Shown one piece after another: positions 58,568-64,000 of a stretch of 64,000 nucleotides of DNA (positions are counted from its first letter, which is position 1; every line of letters starts with the position of its first letter). The notes below the pieces were generated by a model. That model saw nothing but the letters and a program-made list of their open reading frames with translations, was not told the DNA's origin and did not search any database. The DNA is taken from the NCBI GenBank assembly GCA_963713925.1, contig OY970212.1:640001-704000 (forward strand), written 5' to 3'. The translations under genes and the position numbers were made by a program. This DNA comes from an uncultured bacterium (lineage in GTDB: Bacteria; Babelota; Babeliae; Babelales; Vermiphilaceae).

Positions 58568-60250
58568 TTATCGTTTGAATATTTTTTGTAAAACTGATTT
58601 TTTAGACACTTGCTCAAGCTTTTGCATTAAGTAATGGTGTAAAAGAGCTTTATCTTTCTCATCACCTATTGTCGATAGAAGCGAGAGGATGAGTTCTCGG
58701 ATCTTCTTTTTATCAAATTGTGGTATCACATTTTGGTTAAATGCAGAGATGAGCATCGATACTCCAAATGGTAGTTGGCGTTTGGTGATTGATATATCCC
58801 AGATTTTCACAATTGGTGTCGAACACGAAACAAAAAAGGTCCCATCCGTAGAGAAAAGATCTGATCCATGCCGAGGAAAAGAATTGATATTTTCGAGAAT
58901 GTTTCCCGTTTGTATATTCCAAATATCAGTGTCTTCATGAAATTCGTGACATGCAAGCCACCGATTACCAGCAGAAAAATCTAATGATTGTATGTAAGAC
59001 TGAGGCGCATATTGCTTTCTGCGTATAGTTTGTAATTCATGTGCGGATATTGTGTTGTCTTTATAAATAAGTTCATAGACCATGATTGTTCTATTCATAA
59101 ATCCAATTGCAATACGGGTGTTATCATGGGAAAAATTTACTGTTGAAATTCCAGCAGTTATGCCGGTTTGTATGGTTCCAATCAACGGGAGTTCGAGCAA
59201 ATTCATATCTGACAAATTACGCAGTTCGATGGTTCCATCAGCGCACGCAATTGCAAGATAACCGTTCGAAGCGCAGTCGACTGCTTGGGCGTTGCTACCA
59301 ATATTCCCAAGCGTTTTGCGATAATTTGTTTTGATGATATCGAAGATTTTGAGCCCGGCGTCTTCGGCAGCCCAAACTAGATATTTATTATCGGTTGAGA
59401 AACGCATCATATGTTTAAAAAAATTTCTATCATAGTGTAGTGGACTGGTCAAAATTCTTGGGGGCTCGCCGGTTTGTATGTCCCAAAAATAGATTTTTTC
59501 GTTGCGATACGCAGCCGCAAGTTCCTTCCCATCGGGAGAAAAATTCATTGTGAATGCACCATGAGCGTCTTGTGCTGGGGTGAGAACTTTTATTATGTTT
59601 TTTGTTTGCAGATCAAAAATAGTGATATGTCCACTTGCATAGCCGAGCGCAAGATGATTATTGTTTGGGGAAAGAGCCATGCATCTGATGGTGGCATCTT
59701 GTTTGCCCCTAATCTGGTAGGGCTCTTGGCCTAACGCTACTTGTAGCAATGTATCTTGCACGGCGTTAGTATTAAAAAGTTTTTTTGCAAGTATAGGTGA
59801 AATACCAACATTAAATTGCGAAAGGAACGTCTGTGGATTTGACAAGAAATAGATGAGCGCTCCCGGACTTAGAATAAGATCAAATAATCGCTGCGTAAGG
59901 ATTTCTTCTATCTGTGGCAGGTTGAGAAACTTTGCGACTTCAAGCAGTTTAATGGTTTCATCATTATTTTTTGACGCCGCTTCTCGAATAATATTTTTGT
60001 CCTTTTTCTTTTTCATCCAATTATATAATATCTCAAACGTTTGCTGATCGAGTTGCTCCAAAGGTATCGGCTCATTTGACTCGCCGATGTCTTCTAGTAC
60101 ATGTTTTAGTGTTTCGGCCTTATTTAAAATCTCATTCTTATAGGTTCCTTTTTTGTTGCCAGCGAAGATCAGTGTTGTTGTCTTATCTGCAATGTCGGCA
60201 CTAAAGACAGCCGTCGTTATGCATATAAAAACAGGCAATAAATATTTCAT
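58568..60250 (-). CDS. Secreted BTB/Skp1-like + WD40 protein
   Basis: AETLKHVLEDIG..NEPIPL, LLEVAKFLNLPQI and WD repeats; start MKYLLP. Confidence 0.85.
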   Translation of the reverse strand: MKYLLPVFICITTAVFSADIADKTTTLIFAGNKKGTYKNEILNKAETLKHVLEDIGESNEPIPLEQLDQQTFEILYNWMKKKKDKNIIREAASKNNDETIKLLEVAKFLNLPQIEEILTQRLFDLILSPGALIYFLSNPQTFLSQFNVGISPILAKKLFNTNAVQDTLLQVALGQEPYQIRGKQDATIRCMALSPNNNHLALGYASGHITIFDLQTKNIIKVLTPAQDAHGAFTMNFSPDGKELAAAYRNEKIYFWDIQTGEPPRILTSPLHYDRNFFKHMMRFSTDNKYLVWAAEDAGLKIFDIIKTNYRKTLGNIGSNAQAVDCASNGYLAIACADGTIELRNLSDMNLLELPLIGTIQTGITAGISTVNFSHDNTRIAIGFMNRTIMVYELIYKDNTISAHELQTIRRKQYAPQSYIQSLDFSAGNRWLACHEFHEDTDIWNIQTGNILENINSFPRHGSDLFSTDGTFFVSCSTPIVKIWDISITKRQLPFGVSMLISAFNQNVIPQFDKKKIRELILSLLSTIGDEKDKALLHHYLMQKLEQVSKKSVLQKIFKR

Positions 60251-60427
60251 GAGAGCTCTTCTTTTTTGGATTTTTGTTTTATTTGATACTACTATAAAAA
60301 AAGAGAGAGTCATTACGCTAGGTTTCATTGTGTTGTAATACCACGGAACTTGTATCATATCAACAGGTAACCAAAATCTCTCGCTTTAGCCGTTTTACCC
60401 ACGCTTTCGCAGGGGACTCAGATCTTT

Positions 60428-60528
60428 TGTGGTGTGCGAAGTTTCGGGCCCCATGCGAATTCGGGGCCCCGCACGTAAGTGTGGGGTATAAGCTTGGGCA
60501 AAAGTGAAATGAGTCGAACCATACGAAC
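60428..60528. repeat. Family C REP-like unit containing nested family A units
   Basis: TGTGGTGTGCGAAG...GAGTCGAACCATACGAAC encloses GGGCCCCATGC[GGGGCCCCGCAC..GTGTGGGGT]..GCTTGGGC. Confidence 0.6.
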
Positions 60529-60532
60529 TTTT

Positions 60533-62197
60533 TTATCGTTTGAATATTTTTTGTAAAACTGATTTTTTAGACGCTTGCTCAAGTCTTTGCATAAAGTAAT
60601 GGTGTAAAAGAGTTCTATCTTTCTCATCGCCTATTGTTGATAGAAGCGAGAGAATGAGTTCTCGGATCTTCTTTTTATCAAATTGTGGTATCACATTTTG
60701 GTTAAATGCATTGATGAGCATCGATACTCCAAATGGTAGTTGGCGTTTTGTGATTGATATGTCCCAGATTTTCACAATTGGAGTCGAACATGAAACAAAA
60801 AAGGTTCCATCTGGACTGAAAAGATCTGATCCTTGGTTTACTAGAGAATCGATCTTTGTGAGAATGTTTCCAGCTTGTATATTCCAAATATCCGCATGGT
60901 TTTCATATTCGTGACATGCAAGCCAGCGATTATCGGCTGAAAAATCTAATGATTGCATATAAATTTCAGATGCATACCCCAGTGGTTTTTGCATTGTTTG
61001 CAACTCGTACGCGGATATTTTGTTTTCTTCATAAGTGAGCGCATAGACCTTGATTGTTCTATTCATAAATCCAATTGCAATACGGGTGTTATCATGAGAA
61101 AAATTGACCGTTGAAATTCCTGATTTGATATCGGTTTTGATGGATCCGACGGAAGTGAAGTCTGACAGATCAAGTAGATCGATGATTCCATCAGCGCATC
61201 CGATTGCAAGATATCCATTGGAAGAGCAGTCAACTGCATGAGGGTTGTGCGGATACATAAGGTTTTTGCTAGGATTTTTTTGAGTCGTATCAACTATTTT
61301 GACAGAAGTATCTCTCGGCGTCCAAATGAGATATCTATTATCGCGAGAGAAGCAAATTGAACGTTTTTCAGGATATTTACTATATTGTATTGGGCTCGTA
61401 AAAATTCTTGGCGGATTGTCCGTTTGGATATCCCAAAAATAGATTTTTCCGTTGGCATATGCGGCTGCAAGCTCTTTACCATCAGGGGAAAAATTGATTG
61501 TGAAGACCACAGTAGCATCTCCTGTCGGCGTGAGATCTTTTATGATGTTTTTTGTTTGCAGATCAAAAATGGTAACGTGTCCATTTGTATGGCTGAGCGC
61601 AAGATAATTATTGCCTGAGGAAAGAGCCATAGAGCTGATCATAGGGTCTTGTTTGGTACCAATAATAGAGGGGGCTTGGCCTAACGTAGCTTGTAGCAAT
61701 GTACCTTGCACGGCGTTAGTATTAAAAAGCTTTTTTGCAAGAATAGGTGAAATGCCAATATTAAATTGCGCAAGGAACGCCTGTGGATTTGACAAGAAAT
61801 AGGTGAGCGCTCCCGGACTTAGAATAAGATCAAATAATCGCTGTGTAAGGATTTCTTCTATCTGTGGCAGGATGAGAAACTTTGCGACTTCAAGCAGTTT
61901 AATGGTTTCATCATTATTTTTTGACGCCACTTCTCGAATAATATTTTTGTCCTTTTTCTTTTTCATCCAATTATATAATATCTCAAACGTTTGCTGATCG
62001 AGTTGCTCCAAAGGTATCGGCTCATTTGACTCGCCGATGTCTTCTAGTACATGTTTTAGTGTTTCGGCCTTATTTAAAATCTCATTCTTATAGGTTCCTT
62101 TTTTGTTGCCAGCGAAGATCAGTGTTGTTGTCTCTTCTTTATCAGCGCAAAAGAGGGTTGTTGATATACATATCACTATAAGTAATAGATGTTTCAT
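60533..62197 (-). CDS. Secreted BTB/Skp1-like + WD40 protein; tandem paralog of 58568-60250
   Basis: Near-identical N- and C-termini with a diverged propeller. Confidence 0.87.
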   Translation of the reverse strand: MKHLLLIVICISTTLFCADKEETTTLIFAGNKKGTYKNEILNKAETLKHVLEDIGESNEPIPLEQLDQQTFEILYNWMKKKKDKNIIREVASKNNDETIKLLEVAKFLILPQIEEILTQRLFDLILSPGALTYFLSNPQAFLAQFNIGISPILAKKLFNTNAVQGTLLQATLGQAPSIIGTKQDPMISSMALSSGNNYLALSHTNGHVTIFDLQTKNIIKDLTPTGDATVVFTINFSPDGKELAAAYANGKIYFWDIQTDNPPRIFTSPIQYSKYPEKRSICFSRDNRYLIWTPRDTSVKIVDTTQKNPSKNLMYPHNPHAVDCSSNGYLAIGCADGIIDLLDLSDFTSVGSIKTDIKSGISTVNFSHDNTRIAIGFMNRTIKVYALTYEENKISAYELQTMQKPLGYASEIYMQSLDFSADNRWLACHEYENHADIWNIQAGNILTKIDSLVNQGSDLFSPDGTFFVSCSTPIVKIWDISITKRQLPFGVSMLINAFNQNVIPQFDKKKIRELILSLLSTIGDEKDRTLLHHYFMQRLEQASKKSVLQKIFKR

Positions 62198-62282
62198 GAG
62201 GACTCTTCTTTTTTGGTTTTTTGTTTGTTTGATATTATTATAAAAAAAGTGAAGGTCTTCGCGCTAGATATAAGGATTTTTT

Positions 62283-63050
62283 ATGGCAAAACAACGACTC
62301 GATGTCAGACTGCTGGAATTATTGCCACAGTATAGTCGCGCTCAAATCCAAAGCTGGATTATGCAGGGCAAAGTAAAGGTAGATGGAACAGTGGTCAGCA
62401 AGGCGGGGATGGCCGTTTCTGATGACGCGGTTATCACCTACGATATTGCCGAGCCAAAATATGTGAGCCGCGCCGGGTTTAAGCTTGAGAAAATGCTGGA
62501 TGAAGCAGCTCTTGATGTGACCGGATTTGTCGTGCTCGATGCTGGCCTGTCAACCGGTGGATTTACCGACTGTCTTTTACAAAGAGGTGCCTCAAAAATA
62601 TACGGCATCGATGTTGGATATGGGCAAGCGCATGAAAAAATTCGGGCAGACAAGCGCGTTGTTGTTATGGAGCGGGTCAACTTGCGCGAGCTTGATAAGT
62701 TGCCCGAATTGGTTGATCTTGTCACCCTTGATCTTTCTTTTATTTCAGTGCTCAAGGTGATGGACGCAGTAACGCGACAGCTTAAGGAGCGTGGAAAATT
62801 GATTGTGTTGATTAAGCCTCAATTTGAAGCTGAAAAACATGAGGTTGGCAAGGGAGGGATCGTCAGAGATGTGGCAGTGCATGAGCGAGTGGTCAAAACC
62901 GTATGTGATGGTATTATCGCGCATGGGTTTCAGTTGCAAAAGTTGATCGAATCTCCGATAGAAGGGACAATGGGTAATAAGGAGTTTTTGGCCTATTTCG
63001 TTACCGTGTCCGCCATAGCTCATGGGAGCGACGGCTGGAAAACATCGTAG
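62283..63050 (+). CDS. tlyA: TlyA family rRNA 2'-O-methyltransferase
   Basis: S4 domain RLD, YVSRAG.KL, STGGFTDCLLQ.GA, DLSFIS, LIKPQFE and GN.EF. Confidence 0.95.
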   Translation: MAKQRLDVRLLELLPQYSRAQIQSWIMQGKVKVDGTVVSKAGMAVSDDAVITYDIAEPKYVSRAGFKLEKMLDEAALDVTGFVVLDAGLSTGGFTDCLLQRGASKIYGIDVGYGQAHEKIRADKRVVVMERVNLRELDKLPELVDLVTLDLSFISVLKVMDAVTRQLKERGKLIVLIKPQFEAEKHEVGKGGIVRDVAVHERVVKTVCDGIIAHGFQLQKLIESPIEGTMGNKEFLAYFVTVSAIAHGSDGWKTS

Positions 63051-63132
63051 AGGCGGGGGCCTATTTCGTTACCGTGTCCGCCATAGCTCATGGGAGCGAT
63101 GGCTGGAAAACTACGTAGGCCGAGGCCTATTT
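62990..63132 (+). repeat. Tandem direct repeat at the tlyA 3' end (54-bp units at 62990-63043 and 63058-63111, plus GGCCTATTT at 63124)
   Basis: 53/54 identical; each unit contains a family B palindrome. Confidence 0.85.
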
Positions 63133-63217
63133 TATAAAAAATCATAGGCAGAGCTCATTTTTTCTGGTACAAAATATACATCCACTCATATTCAAACAAG
63201 TAATGTTAGAAAATTTT

Positions 63218-63291
63218 GCGCCCGTAGCTCAACTGGATAGAGTAGCGGACTTCGAATCCGTTGGTTGTAGGTTCGAGTCCTACCGGGCGCA
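63218..63291 (+). tRNA. tRNA-Arg(TCG)
   Basis: GCGCCCG...CGGGCGCA; anticodon arm GCGGA-CTTCGAA-TCCGT; CCA not encoded. Confidence 0.95.
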
Positions 63292-63308
63292 TATAAAATG
63301 TCGGGGGT

Positions 63309-63713
63309 ATGCGCGTGAAACAAAGTACGTGTTCTTTTATGTACGCCATTTTATTTGTCGTAACGTTTGTTGCTCCAATAGGATTGTTTGGAGCAGACAG
63401 GCAAAGTAAGCATATCGATAAGATCCCGATATACAAACAGGAATTTCAGCACCCGTTTGGCTATATGCATAAGTTACCCGATGATGGTGAACAGTCTCCT
63501 GAATGTTATGAACTGCTGACAAGGGATCGAAATACAATTGCTAAAGTACATGTTCATACTATCGAACCAAAGCATTTATGGGTTAAATTGATACCGAAAA
63601 CAGAATCGAATAGAAGAGAAGTTGAAGCATTACTTCTATTGTGGCAAAACGAGTATTTTAATTCTGAAGAAATGAAGGTTCAGCTATCGCTTTGTTTGAA
63701 AGAAAAAAAATAA
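63309..63713 (+). CDS. Secreted hypothetical protein between two tRNA-Arg genes
   Basis: Hydrophobic signal ending FGAD; start uncertain. Confidence 0.55.
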   Translation: MRVKQSTCSFMYAILFVVTFVAPIGLFGADRQSKHIDKIPIYKQEFQHPFGYMHKLPDDGEQSPECYELLTRDRNTIAKVHVHTIEPKHLWVKLIPKTESNRREVEALLLLWQNEYFNSEEMKVQLSLCLKEKK

Positions 63714-63762
63714 TATCGGTGTCTCAATCTTGCCACGCACGTTTAAAACGAAGATTTTTTTC

Positions 63763-63840
<78 letters not shown>

Positions 63841-63846
63841 TTTGAA

Positions 63847-64000
63847 TTATTTTGAATTATAGGGTATCTTTTTTTCCGATTTTGCCAATAAAATATCATC
63901 CATTTTAATATCATCCGCTGTGACGGTTCGATTAAGACGGCGATTAAGTTCATCAAATTGATCAGTAATTTCAACAACATCATTGTCAGAGAGGGCTGGG
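63847..64000 (-). CDS. 3' end of a CDS entering from beyond the window
   Basis: Open frame ...PALSDNDVVEITDQFDELNRRL...PYNSK* ending at 63847. Confidence 0.4.
   Translation of the reverse strand, partial: PALSDNDVVEITDQFDELNRRLNRTVTADDIKMDDILLAKSEKKIPYNSK

Noticed and set aside
58568..62197. Possible diversity-generating retroelement TR/VR pair
   Set aside because: Differences include indels and all base types over a long region, both copies are full genes, and there is no RT in the window.
62990..63132. Possible mini CRISPR array
   Set aside because: Only two long units with about 13-bp gaps, no unique spacers of CRISPR length and no cas genes.

Overview
AT-rich bacterial chromosome segment. 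It most likely comes from a host-dependent intracellular bacterium of the Dependentiae (TM6/Babeliae) type; this is inferred from an Npt-type ATP/ADP translocase plus many secreted ankyrin and BTB/Skp1-WD40 proteins. Housekeeping genes (galU, pheS, dnaE, yicC, yebC, ruvB, rodA, uvrA, mutS, ppa, rplU, trkA/trkH, glyQS, tlyA, five tRNAs) are interspersed with tandem paralogous secreted proteins. The main finding is a complete IS110-family bridge-recombination system that can be read from the sequence. It has a DEDD recombinase (38473-39414, minus) and an upstream bridge RNA whose four guides match its own insertion target (ACCAACC-CT-TTTTAGC) and its donor junction (ACAATTA-CT-TGTA). A sigma70-like promoter forms only on circularisation. 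The target lies inside a 143-bp MITE, and an empty copy of that MITE sits at 5548-5690. Also present are an EndoU polymorphic toxin with three immunity paralogs bracketed by trkA and a diverged trkA 5' fragment, a three-copy structured repeat with covarying stems, and short palindromic repeat families nested inside one another. All calls are by eye from motifs; no database searches were run.
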